The translations under genes and the position numbers were made by a program. DNA of 64,000 bases from Paraspadella gotoi. Taxonomy: Eukaryota > Animalia > Chaetognatha. Every line of letters begins with the position of its first letter. Within the stretch, counting starts at the first letter, position 1. The notes below the pieces were generated by a model, which was not told the origin of the DNA, made no database searches, and was given only the letters and a program-made list of their open reading frames with translations. The DNA lies in assembly GCA_051294375.1 (NCBI GenBank), contig CM119267.1, positions 13,277,081-13,341,080 of the forward strand. The letters are read 5' to 3'. This document shows, in pieces, positions 1 to 10,929 of the stretch.

Positions 1-13
1 TTTATTTTAAATT

Positions 14-54
14 GCGTACATGTTTCGACTCTAAACATTTCGAGTCTTCAGCGC
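14..54 (-). ncRNA. degenerate hammerhead motif, same family
   Basis: Minus strand: GCG-CTGAAGACTC...GAGTC-GAAA-CATG-TA-CGC with AATAAA at 6-1. Core and stem II overlap, suggesting a small deletion. Confidence 0.45.
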
Positions 55-229
55 GAAAAACAGTTTTGAATTTGCAAAGAAAAAATTGATTTAAAGAAAA
101 GTGTGAGAGATACAGAGAGACAGAGAGAGAGGGCAAGATAAAAGCTTCGAACAAAGAATTGAGAAGATAATTAATTTTTTAATATTTATTTATAGATAAA
201 AAAAGGCTAAAAAATTTTTGAGAATTTTT

Positions 230-440
230 GCTCATAAAAAGTTGTCTGCAGAAAGTATAATTCTTTTTTAAATGTGAGGTCAAAAAGAGAGAAACTGTAA
301 AAAAATCGTCATTATCATCTTTCGATGATTTTATTAGTTTTTTTATATTTTCATTTGGAAAAAGTAAGAATTTTTAAAAGCTGTAATTATATTTTTGTTT
401 AACTTTTAATCCATCAAAAAAATTTTAGATTTCAAAATTA
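230..440. repeat. dispersed repeat; second copy ~60274-60510
   Basis: CTCATAAAAAGTTGTCTGCA.AAAGTATAATTCTTTTTTAAAT...ATCATCTTTCGATGATT shared by both copies. Confidence 0.7.
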
Positions 441-1032
441 TTTTTTCTTTATTTAGTAATATAATGATTTTAATTAGTCTCGTACTGTCATAAAAAAGCA
501 TTTTTGACAAAAAATATTTTAATACCATAATCTATGCTTATGATAGATTATTTTAACGTTGTATACATTAGCATTTAAATTGCATACGCTATGGCTACTC
601 TTAGGAAAATCTTTATAACATAGAAACTATCCTATCTAGAATTTTGCGAATTGGTGTACAACAAAAGTCAGGTATTTTTCTATTAGAATAAAAATATTTT
701 ATGTTCAATTGCTCTTCGTTTCGATTATATTAGAAGTATTACTCCAGTTGAATATAATATAAAAATATTGTTTTTTCTTTCATTTCGTTGCGTTATTTGT
801 TTGAGGTGGAAAATGAATTTGGTTTACGTACGTACGAGTTTTATTAAGAAATATAAGTTTCGGTCATATTTCTCGTACGTAAACAAACAATTCATTTTCT
901 ACCTCAAATATAAAAAGGGTAACTTTTACTTTGGCCGACCGCGGTTTTGGCGGCTTTCGAAAAACTACTAATATTTAAAAAAAATCTAATTAACCTAACC
1001 CTCAACCCTCCCCACTAAAGCGGGCCAAAATT

Positions 1033-1246
1033 CAACCGTTCATCAGTGGCCATTGGTGCCAGAGGCAAGTCATTCGCCTCCCAACCTAAAGGTCCAGGGT
1101 TCTAGCCCAGTGGCCGCCTAGCAGTTAAGAGAGACGGGGCACTTAACCCGCCTGTAACACGGTGTTACAGCCTGATCCGAAGCTCAGGGACTGCTTATAT
1201 TGAACGGTTCTGTCACTAACATATAACAATAATTACTGTCTCTTCA
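1033..1246 (+). mobile_element. tRNA-derived SINE (Gly-like head)
   Basis: A-box-like TGGTGCCAGAGG, anticodon-arm-like CGCCTCCCA, B-box-like GGTTCTAGCCC. Second copy at 61077-61279. Confidence 0.7.
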
Positions 1247-1269
1247 AAGGATTATTTGTTTTTAGCTAA

Positions 1270-1560
1270 ATTGAATAGAAAGAAAGTAACAGGAGGAGAT
1301 AAATAATGGGGAAGAAAGAATAAGAGAGAGATTAGGATAAAAAAAAAGAAGAAAATAACAAAGGAAAAAAGCAGGGAAAAAGTGGAGAAGAGAATAAGAG
1401 AGGATAGGAAAAAAATATATTTTTTTTAAATTTAAATATTTCATACCAAAAAATGAAAAAAAAACGCATTTGAAAATTAACCGAATTTAACCGTTAAAAT
1501 AAATATATTAATGGTTAAGTTAAAATTATTTCTAACCGTTAACAGTTATCGGAACACTAC
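1270..1560. repeat. dispersed repeat with AACCGTTA sub-repeats ending TTATCGGAACACTA; second copy ~8540-8856
   Basis: Colinear purine-rich tract followed by GAAAATTAACCGAAT..AACCGTTAAAATAAATATATTAA in both copies. TAGTGTT terminus resembles hAT-type MITE ends. Confidence 0.6.
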
Positions 1561-1868
1561 TCTTAACCCTAAACCACCCTTAACCCTCACCCCATAAAAT
1601 TAAAAACAAATTTAAAATAATTATAATTATAAAATTTGTATTACTGCGCAAAAAATATATATATTATAGCGCAAATTGAGACGACGCTAAAGCCTTAAGT
1701 AAAGGAAAAACAAAATGAAATGGATTAACAAACCACCGGTACATAAGGTTGGTTGCGGTCGTCGAATAGTAAAGTTACCCATCAAGGCTTTAATAAAAGA
1801 CAGGACTAATTACAGCCTGTTATTTGCTAGTTTCAGAACTTCGAATTCTCGCTCCTACGCCACCGGGG

Positions 1869-2781
1869 CACAGTGATCCAAATGGACTAAATTTCCGGAT
1901 AAACCTTTTTTGGCAAAAACAACTTTTTCTCGTATGCTGATTATCATAGAAGCTCTCTGAGGTTGTTGGAAAAGTTTCAAATGTTTAAGATTGATTTGAA
2001 AAAATATGGAGAAAAAATTCATTAACTGACAAATTTGGTTCTTAAAAAAATTATTTATAGTAATTGAACGACTTTTGCTTTATAATTTTAATATTAAAAA
2101 GAAATTGACCTAACTTAATACTTTTTTTACATTTATGAAATTGGTACAACCAATATAAAAATTATCCATTCATTTAATAAATAAGCTATCTTGCCCCTGA
2201 CTTTGGACAAGCTTTGGTGGTTTAAGGCCTTATATTATAAGTAATAAGTATATGTTTGCTAAATATAAAATCTTTAATTTAATCTTTTTAAAAGTGCGCT
2301 AAGCAAATTAAAATCTTTTTTATTATTTTTTGAATGAAAACCATTTTTAGATTTCTCAAAAGGGCGGACGAATGCGGATGAAATTTAATTAATAACTGAT
2401 GAGTGATAAGATGTATCATTAAGAACTAAATCTGGTTGATTGAAATCGGCTGAAATTCTATTAGTTTTTACTATGTTTTTTATATCATACATAGTGACAT
2501 ATTATCAAATTTTTTTTTATTTATTAACTAGACAAAGTGCTGATACCATAGCAAAGTCAAATAATTTTTCTCTTCCACCCATGTAGGTAAAAAAAACCTC
2601 TCAAAGACTCAACCGAAATAGAGATTTGCTTATAACTTGAGAAAGAATAATTTTTGGAAACTTATCTTACCTAAGACTTTATAGCATTACTATGGAAAGA
2701 CTGAATAAATATTTATGCCCGTATGTTCAAGTGGCTTTTATTCGGTTTTATTTTATTTTTTTTTTTTTTTTGATCACTGTG
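1869..2781. mobile_element. non-autonomous Transib/RAG-like DNA transposon with RSS-heptamer termini
   Basis: Left end CACAGTGATC (1869), right end GATCACTGTG (2781), both flanked by the identical 5-bp CGGGG (1864-1868; 2782-2786). Confidence 0.8.
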
Positions 2782-3700
2782 CGGGGCTGCACTGATGGAC
2801 TCAGGCGAGTGGCGATGCCACAACCAAAAGTTAAACAGAATTTATCTAAAAGTTGTTTCAGAGGGAGGGTTGGGGCAAACGTCTCAGAGCGATAGAGGAG
2901 AGCTTTCAGGAATAAGGCAAATTTACCCATTTAGTAATAGTTAATAAATTGTAAAAACCTGTCAAAACGAATTTTTAAACCGAATAGTTTTTCTTCAGCA
3001 ATTCGTAAATTTCGCTAATATTTATTTTCACTTTCGGTGCTAGTTTAACTAGAAATTTTGAGAGAGAAAAAAAACGAGAGTGGAAGATGCCTGTCGTTTT
3101 GGCCGAAGATTTTTCGCTACAGGATATATGGAGATTGGGGAAAGCTATCCGACAGTAGCTGCAGCCACCGCAGCTTTAACCGACCCGATAGTGTTACAAA
3201 ATATAAAATCAACTTTCATTGCTTCGAAGAATGAAAGTAAACTCAATATAGACGCTCAGCGTGACTAAAGTTTCGGAAACCGCAAAGACGAATGAAAGGA
3301 TTTTCTCGAGAACCGACATCAACGATGGATTCATTCGGGAATTGAGTACCTCTCCTCGACGGGCGAAAGTCGTAAAGCGTCTCAAAAGTGAGCTGTCCAT
3401 TCGAAATTCGCAACTACAGGTCAGGAGGTCGGTAAACGGGCAAAGAGAGACGTTATCTCCTTGCAAAGAGGTTCGCCACGCTCGCTTTCATGAGCCCGCG
3501 AGGCAATGGGGAACAATGGAACCGGTACGCGAACTAATGCGAATGTAAGTGGTTTTGAGCGAGGCGGGAGCCCGCCACGTCGTTACCGTGTTTAAAGGAG
3601 CCGGTGTGGACTTGATTGACAATTTTCTAGGCGCGCCTCTTTTTGAGAGAGACTAATTGGCTGCAAATGAGTATGTTGTAGAAGAGTCGCTCAAAATATA

Positions 3701-5034
3701 CTAAGTATGACACTGTTTTTTTTAACCATGCAGTCGAAAATTTTCATAAATCCCTGTTCAGTTTCTAGTATAATTTTAGAAGTGCTTAAAACGATTAAAA
3801 GTGTCGTCTCTTGTTCTAGGTGATGAGCTTCAGATAGANNNNNNNNNNNNNNNNNNNNNNNNNGGTTGATTAGCCACTGACCTTACACTGTAAAAAAATT
3901 TTTAAAAAGGTTTATAGCCATAGTGGGTGTCTCCAAAAACGGAAATAACACTTAAAAACTGATCAAATACGCAATATTAATATATATGTCATAAAAAACT
4001 ATCATAGCTCTAAATAGACAAAATAAATATCAGTTTCAAAAGATTTGTTTCTTAGTAACTGTTAAAATTCAGAATTAATATTATTTCTTTATTCGTTGTT
4101 GAAGAGACATCACAGGCACAGGAGATAATGATTTAGTATTAAGCATTTAAACTGTTTTTTTTTATTCTGACAAAGAATAAAAAAATATTTAGTATTAATC
4201 ATTCGTGGTAGGATTTCTAAGTATAATTTTATTACTTTTTTGCAAATATTTGATCATTTTTAAAAAGGAAAGAAAAGAAAAGAAAATTATAAATCTGAAT
4301 AACTTTTTGATGCATTGATATTGTTTCTCTTCTCCTTCACCTAAAAAAAAACTTAAAAATAGGGTATTCCCTCTAAAGATTTACATAAAACTGTATGAAA
4401 AAGGGTCTAACTTCCGGCTATAGTTTTTGAACAAAAAAAGGTATGCCGGCAAAAAAATTACTGATGAAAAAGAATTAAATAAGTAAAAGGTACTAAAAAT
4501 TAAAACCAGGAATTGTTAAAATTAGCATTAATTAATAATCATTAATTGAATGAAATAGAAATGAAATTTCGAATATTTACAGTTAAAGTTAAAAATCCTT
4601 TTGCTATTAAAAAACGAATCTTTTTAAGATGTGATAATTAATAAATATGATAGGATTTTTTTATGATATTGATGATAATCCTTGGTGATAAACTGTCATA
4701 TAACAATAAAAAACCATTAGCAGTTATAGTAGATAAAAAATATATTTAATTGATTATCGAGCACTATTTCCGGTTTGTGACACGCCCACTATGGATGAAA
4801 ACCTTTTTTTGAACATTTTTTGTCTAAGTACTACTTATTAAATAATTATACTAATTGCAGGATAAGTAAATAGTCTTAATAAAGCAACTGCCTAACTTTT
4901 CATTTGTGGTAAAAAGAAAAATTCCATGTTGTAGTCCACACCAACTTCCGGTCATTTGTGCGTGGGTTTAATGCAAAATTGAACAGGATTGTAAAAATTT
5001 TCGACTGCATGGTTAAAAAAAACAGTGTCCTAAG
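3701..5034. mobile_element. TA-flanked inverted-repeat element with an inner inverted-repeat pair (3886-3950 / 4762-4828), spanning the N gap
   Basis: GACACTGTTTTTTTTAACCATGCAGTCGAAAATTTT at ~3709 mirrored at ~4995-5029. Inner pair CCATAGTGGG...CGGAAATA mirrored. Confidence 0.55.
3839..3863. other. assembly gap (25 N)
   Basis: Run of n bases. Confidence 1.
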
Positions 5035-5203
5035 TATATATAATAAAATAATCGAATCATGGAAGGATTGAGACTTCTAAAAAAAGCGAGTTTCATTTGT
5101 TACATTTTCGGAAAACATAACGCATGAACCGAATACCTTTTGTCTTTATTTAGAAATTATTCCGCTTGTTCAAAAGCGAGGAAACGGAGGACAAACAAAA
5201 GAA

Positions 5204-5886
5204 AGAATAATTTTTCTTTCGCTGACTGTGGTTATGGGATGGTTTAGGGTAAAGAGTAGTTTATGGTTAAGGGTGATTAATGCTAAAGGGGTTTAAGGTT
5301 AAGATAAATACAAAAAATCTTTTTTAGGCATTCCTGGAGATCAATGCCCTCTGGAGGCCTATGGGAAAACGAAGAGCAAGGTTTTTCTTAAAGAATTAAC
5401 GGGAAAAAGAAGAAGAACGAAATGGAACGGAAGAGGATAACGTTTAATAACGTAAAATAAAGGAATTCAGATATCATTTTTTTTTAAATATTTTTTATTA
5501 TTGTTATTTAAAATTGGTACAACCAATATTTAATTGGGTACAAATTAAGGTTATAATAAATTATGGTTAATAATAAATTAAGAATAAGTGTAAGTTAACT
5601 ATAAAAATAAATTAAGGTTAAAAATAATTTAGGGGTAAGTTAGGGTTAGGGGTAAGTTAGGGTTAGGGGTAAGTTAGGATTAGGGGTAAGTTAAGGGTAA
5701 ATTAAATTTAAAATTAAGTTTCGGCTTAAGTATAGAATAATTTAACATTTCAAAAAATAATATTTAAATATTATTGCGACGATAAAAATTATTTAAAAAA
5801 AAATTATTACTTAATTATTTTAACCCTAACCACCTCTAACCCTAAACCACCCTCCTAACCCCTGTCGGCGAAAGTAAAATTATTCC
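5204..5886. mobile_element. related MITE-like element carrying TTAGGG-like repeats
   Basis: Inverted ends GAATAATTTTTCTTTCGCTGAC / GTCGGCGAAAGTAAAATTATTC; 17-bp units GGGGTAAGTTAGGGTTA at ~5630-5700. Confidence 0.55.
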
Positions 5887-5992
5887 ATTATTATTAATTT
5901 AATAGTAAAGTTTATTTATTAGAAAACAAGACAAAAATAAAAACAGAATAAAAACGTCTCTTAAAGACGCGAGTTTTTTAAAATTTTTTTAA

Positions 5993-8900
5993 TCAATTAA
6001 AATCATAGGTAAATAGTGAAGTGCTATCGTTGATCACTCCCATGAGATGTTCAACCATGGGTCGGCATCTATCATCAGTAACCATAGCTTCCCTGAGATG
6101 TTCCAGAGAAATATAGGTATCGCTCTCTCTGTGAAATAGCTCTTCGTCCGTAAAATCGATAACGTCGTCGGGTCCGCGGGCGAGTGCGTCCAAGATGCCC
6201 ACAAAATCACGCTGGATGCTCTCGGTCAGCCTCGCTTCATGGAGGCTCTCGGCGATACCGGCTTCAAGGGCGCTCGTGTCGATGGCCACAGCAGTCGGTT
6301 CGTCTACGGACGATTCGGACGACTGGCGTCGACTGGAAGGCGCCGATCGCGGGTTGCCCTGAAGACGACGTGGAGCAACCGGTGGACGGCGACATTCACA
6401 AGGGCCTGGAATAAAACAAGAAATGGGTTAAGGGCCGTATTTATTTGGTCTTTTTAGTCGGATCTACTTATCAGCAGATTTCCGACTCTATAATTCACTT
6501 AGTCGGTCCGTCGGTCCCACCCCTAAATCTTGTCGGTAAATCTGTCAATTGTCAATCTACCAATTTACAGCTTTTATAAATATAAGCTTTAAAAAGGATA
6601 TTGACTGCGTTATGTGGCTTGGTACTTATTTTTCATTTTTCTTAACTTTTAACAATTTTTTATGAAAATACTTCTTTTAGAATCACTCAATATTTATATA
6701 AACAGATTTCTATTTATTTTTATGGATGAAAACGGGTTTAAATTCTTTGTTTTAACTATATTTCACTTAAAAAAGTAAATTTATCCAGCTTTCTTTGATA
6801 TCAAATTTTGCTATTTTTTTACAATTTTTTTGCATCAAATTGCTTTTTAAAATCGAGAGAACGGGAAAATTGAGCGAACGAATTTTCATTTTTTTTATCT
6901 TGGGGCATAGTATTATATCAAATACAAAAAATTAAGGGGACACAAGAGGTCATATATCATATCTTGTATTTATGCTCCGCGCTACTGATTAATTATTTGA
7001 TTGATTAATACATCTTCCATTTACATAGAAAAAGAAGCTTAATCAATTAGTGAAACAGGTTTTTTGTTTTTTCTATTTAAACTCATTTCCACTCAGGCGA
7101 TTCAATCGAAACTTGATTTCCAGCTTAATCACACTATCATATAGAGTTTCGTTATTCATTAAATTTTTCAGAAAATTCGCTTAACCGTTAAAATTAACAT
7201 TTTTTTAATTTTATAATTTAACTTTAAATTTAAAATACTAATATTTAAAACAAACTAAAGTATTTAATGAACCTTCTTTATCTTCTATTTCAGATAGATG
7301 AGGTACACATTATAGTTAGTAAAAGAAAAATTGTTTTGAGCAAACTATCTTGAAATTATCCATGATAATTGAGCTTATCAGCTAATCAAATAATACATCA
7401 TGATAAATCTTGCATACAAGTTTTTTTCTTTTGCCTTAAGCATAATACAAATATAAAAAAAGTCAAAGAAAGAAAAAGCACAATGTTATTCTAAATTTAT
7501 ATGAAGTTTTCTCGTTCTCTCTTTCTCTTTCTCTCTTTCGCTTTCTCTTTTTCTTTCTCTATTTCTCTTCCTCATTATTTTTCTAGTTGTTAGTCTTTCA
7601 TAAACCATGACCATAATTATAAATATAAAATATGAATATTAGGGTATTGATTGAATGGTTTATTGATTGAGCTATTGATCCAAAGATTTATTTATTAATA
7701 AATTTTTTTTCCGTTTTATTAAAAAGTATATCATCATTGAAGGATATTTTTAGTTAGCCTTAATGTCTTTTTAAAAATTCCTTCCTTCTATTATTAATTC
7801 TTTAATTTTTTATAATAATTTTTATATTAATTTTTTTCATTCATTCGGTTTTATTTCATTTGTTTCTTTGTTCGTTCTAAAGAGGGAAAGAAAAAGAGAA
7901 AACGAAGAATTATTTATTTTTTTAATAAAATATAATAAAAAGTTTTTATGTAAGAATTTAATTTGTAAGAATATGTATGTATTTGCATATAGATTATATT
8001 TCAAAATATTCTTTGATGTAAATGCATTGAGTTATGTAATCCTTTCTTTCGTTGTGATTAGAGATTAGAGACAGAGTTTGAAATAATTGGCAACAACATT
8101 TTTTTTCCAAGATGAAAACGTACATGTTTCGACTTTACAAGCCTTCTTCAGCGTCAATTTAGTTTTTGAAATTATTAGACAGATTTTGTGTAGAAGATGG
8201 GGAGATAGAGAGAGAGAAACAGAGAAACTTTGCCCTCTCTCTCTCTCTTTCTCTCTCTCTCCCCTTCTACACAAAATCTGTCTAATATTTTCACAAACTA
8301 AATTGACGCTGAACAAGGCTTGTAAAAATGCCGAAACATGTACGTTTTTATCTTGAAAATAAATCGTTATTGCCAATTTATTTCAAACTTTGTCTCTAAG
8401 ATGTTGAAAGGAAAAACAATAAAAAATTGGGAGAAAGTTAAAAAAATACTGGAAGGGCAGAAAAAAAGTAGAGAAAAGAAAGGGGGCGAAAGAGGGGGAA
8501 AAGAGAGAAAGAAAAAGAAAGGGAACATAAGGGTATAAAATTAGGGGTGAAGAAAGGAATAAGAAAGATTAGGATAGAAAAAAGATTGGGGTTGATAAGA
8601 AAAAAGGAAAAAAACATTGAAAAAATGGATAAGAGAGAAGGGGGGGAAATATGGTGAGAGAGGGAGAGGAAAATAAGAGAGGACGGGAAAAAAATACTTC
8701 TCTTTTAAAAAATCAAAGATTTCCTAACAAATATTAACAAAAATCGTATTTGAAAATTAACCGAATATAACCGTTAAAATAAATATATTAACGGTTAAAT
8801 AATATTATAATTAACCGTCAATAACCGTTAACTTTTAACGGTTATCGGAACACTACTATCAAACTATATAAGAAAAAAAGCGTGTCGCCGATGCAGACGA

Positions 8901-9700
8901 CGACGACAACGATCGCGAAAGCGATCCAAAATCTCGCCAAAACGGGCGAGTTAAAAATGATGCAAATTTTAAAAGTATGCAAGTTGAAAAAATAATAATT
9001 GTTAAAAAAATTATTTGTACTTTATTTGTAATTAGTTTTACTATAGTATTTATTTATCTATTTATTTATTTATTTTATTTATTTATCTGATTACCGCTTA
9101 ATTATTGTAGGCAGATCCAACATTGTTTGCTCAAGCTTGTTTTTAATAGCATTTGTCATTGGATGTCCGATTCTAACGAAATAGTTTCAAATGATTTTCA
9201 AACGATTAGCGGATAAAATTTCTTCATCTCCTTTAATGAAAATAATCGAATAATAGTTTATATTAACTCCATGAAGGGTAAAATGTCCATTTCTCACCAC
9301 GTCGCACACTGCAGCGGCATCGGACAGAACGATCCACGTTCGCCGAAGCGGTCGCACTCCTCCTGGAAGCCGCCTGTGCCCTCTGCCGTTCCTGATCCGC
9401 GAATGCGTTGCGCGTTGCCACGAAACGAGAGGTTGAAGGACCCGTCGCGGCAGCGCGGCAGCGAGCGGCGACGGCTTGTTCCGAGTTGACGTTCGGCGCG
9501 GAAGTAGCTCGGCGCAAATGATTGGACATTGGCAGCAACGCATTCCTGCCACCCCTGACAGAAGCACGGCACACGGGGCAATGAGACCGTCGGTCAAGCC
9601 AACCGGTGATGCAAGAACGACAGAAAATATGGAGGCAAGGAGTTTTGACGGGTCGAGAGGGCTGGTCCAAGCAGATAGAACATATGTCGTTGAGGGACAT
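5993..9700 (-). CDS. C3HC4 RING-finger protein (putative E3 ubiquitin ligase), 2 exons, ~271 aa
   Basis: Exon1 9700-9298 (ATG; CSIC...CLHIFCRSC...CPVC RING) ends at phase-1 donor CGTG|GTGAGA. Exon2 6405-5993 follows a TTTTATTCCAG acceptor (phase 1) and reads GPCECRRPP...SLFTYDFN*. 403+413=816 nt, in frame. TATA-like TATATAA about 45 nt upstream of the ATG. Confidence 0.75.
6456..6536 (+). mobile_element. HINE 5' end fragment (a matching 3' end lies at 9088-9141; an inverted core fragment at 6985-7134)
   Basis: AGTCGGATCTAC-TTATCA-GCAGATTTCCGACT hairpin plus GTCGGTCCGTCGGTC. The 3' end GCAGATCCAACATTGTTTGCTCAAGCTTGTT is at ~9111-9141. Confidence 0.65.
8117..8155 (-). ncRNA. minimal type I hammerhead ribozyme motif (intact core)
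   Basis: Minus strand: GACG-CTGAAGA-A-GGCT tgtaa AGTC-GAAA-CATG-TA-CGTT (stem I, core, stem II, GAAA, palindromic loop III, UA cleavage site). Confidence 0.7.
8305..8346 (+). ncRNA. minimal hammerhead ribozyme motif with core mutation (CTGAACA)
   Basis: GACG-CTGAACA-A-GGC...GCC-GAAA-CATG-TA-CGTT. G8 is changed to C, so it is likely inactive. AATAAA about 12 nt downstream. Confidence 0.55.
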
Positions 9701-10038
9701 TTTTGATGGCTTTGATGTAATAATGTCACTTCAAATTTAAAGAAATTATATAGTCCTGTGCAAAAAAATCGCGCCACTTTATTTCAGCCTTTAAAATTCA
9801 CCCGATTTAATCAAGCTATAAACTTGAATTTTTGAAAATATTTTTAAAATTATTTAAAGTTTATTAAAAGATATTAAATTTGGTATATATTTTATTAAAA
9901 TTGGGCAATCCGTTTAGGATCAATATATTTTTAAAATGAAGTACTCTACCGCAAATCTAAATTTACAAAAATCGAATAGATTAGAAGACTAATCTTTTTT
10001 TCCCGATATTTTGTAATATTTGATGTTTATTAAAATTA

Positions 10039-10791
10039 AACAAGTCTGAGCAAACAATGTCGGATCTGCCCACGATCATTTGCGGTAATTAATTAATTAA
10101 TACAAACTATATAAACTAAAATAATAATTTAATTAATAAATTAATTAATTTGATCCGAAACGTTTTTTAGGTCTTTTCGTCACTGACCAGTGACAACGAC
10201 AAAAGCAACGACGATGATGGCGACGACGACAATAATGCTGATAACGATTGACCGATTAATTAATTATTTATAAATTAATTGACTAATTGACTGATTAATT
10301 ATTTGATTAATTAATATATCTTGCATTTACATTTAATATAAAAAGGAAAAAAAAGAATCAATTAGTGAAACAGGTTTTTTGTTTTTCCCATTTAAACTCA
10401 TTTCCACTCAGACGATACCATCGAAACTTGATTTCCACCTTAATCACACACTTTTTTACCCATATACAAAATTTTAAGTCAATCGCCCCGTCCACTCATG
10501 AGTAATTGACATTCAAATAGTGAAACAATTTTTTGATTTTTCTATTTAAACTCATTTCCACTTGAACGATTCCATCAAAACTTCATATCCAGCTCAATCA
10601 AACACCTCCCTGCCCACACACAAAAATTATTCCAATCCATCCATCCAATCACGAGCAATTGGAGTTTTTTGCTACGGTGGGATGGACGGACGGACAACAT
10701 CGTTTTTTTTTGCATAATTTATCATATTGATTTCGGTGTTTCGACATTACATTTAGGGGCCAAGACAGAGCGGGACTGAAAGCGACCGACT
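10039..10791 (-). mobile_element. HINE/DINE-1-like copy upstream of the RING gene
   Basis: AACAAGTCTGAGCAAACAATGTCGGATCTGC end, two core repeats, GGAC microsatellite, CCGACTAAAA other end. Confidence 0.75.
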
Positions 10792-10929
10792 AAAAAAAAT
10801 TGCCACGGACATCCAAAGAATTAACTGGATAGCCCCAGATTCTTAATAATAAAGGATTGTTAAAACATATGATGAAAAATCGGAATAAAATAAAATTATT
10901 AAATACTGTGGCTAAATTATATTGAAATA

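Larger units (their letters stand above)
917..1780. mobile_element. MITE-like element with GGGTAACTTT(T)ACT..CGACCGC inverted ends and AACCCT-like repeats; nested SINE
   Basis: Left GGGTAACTTTTACTTTGGCCGACCGC versus reverse complement of the right end GGGTAACTTTACTATTCGACGACCGC. Confidence 0.6.
8065..8399. mobile_element. palindromic (inverted) pair of Penelope-like repeat tails, each with a hammerhead motif
   Basis: ~160-bp arms that are near reverse complements around a (GA)n/(TC)n centre. Arms are homologous to 12127-12285, 1-130 and 47600-47740. Confidence 0.75.

Noticed and set aside
1046-1118. tRNA-Gly gene
   Set aside because: Anticodon and T stems pair poorly, and the head is fused to a shared body in two dispersed copies, so it is a SINE.
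2787-2905. snRNA/SL-RNA-like stretch with an Sm-like AACTTTTGG on the minus strand
   Set aside because: No convincing match to U snRNA or spliced-leader structure by eye.
3080-3548. CpG-rich block with 62-95-aa ORFs and a GTAAGT donor
   Set aside because: No ATG-initiated long frame or recognisable domain, and the adjacent gap prevents a model; it may be a UTR or repeat.
5630-5700. True telomere or chromosome fusion site
   Set aside because: Short degenerate 17-bp units located inside an inverted-repeat element.
8065-8376. Similar ORFs on both strands (103 aa and 89 aa)
   Set aside because: Artefact of the palindrome and the GA microsatellite.
9263-9700. Intronless viral-type RING gene
   Set aside because: A good donor and a phase-matched downstream exon favour a spliced host gene; no viral neighbours.
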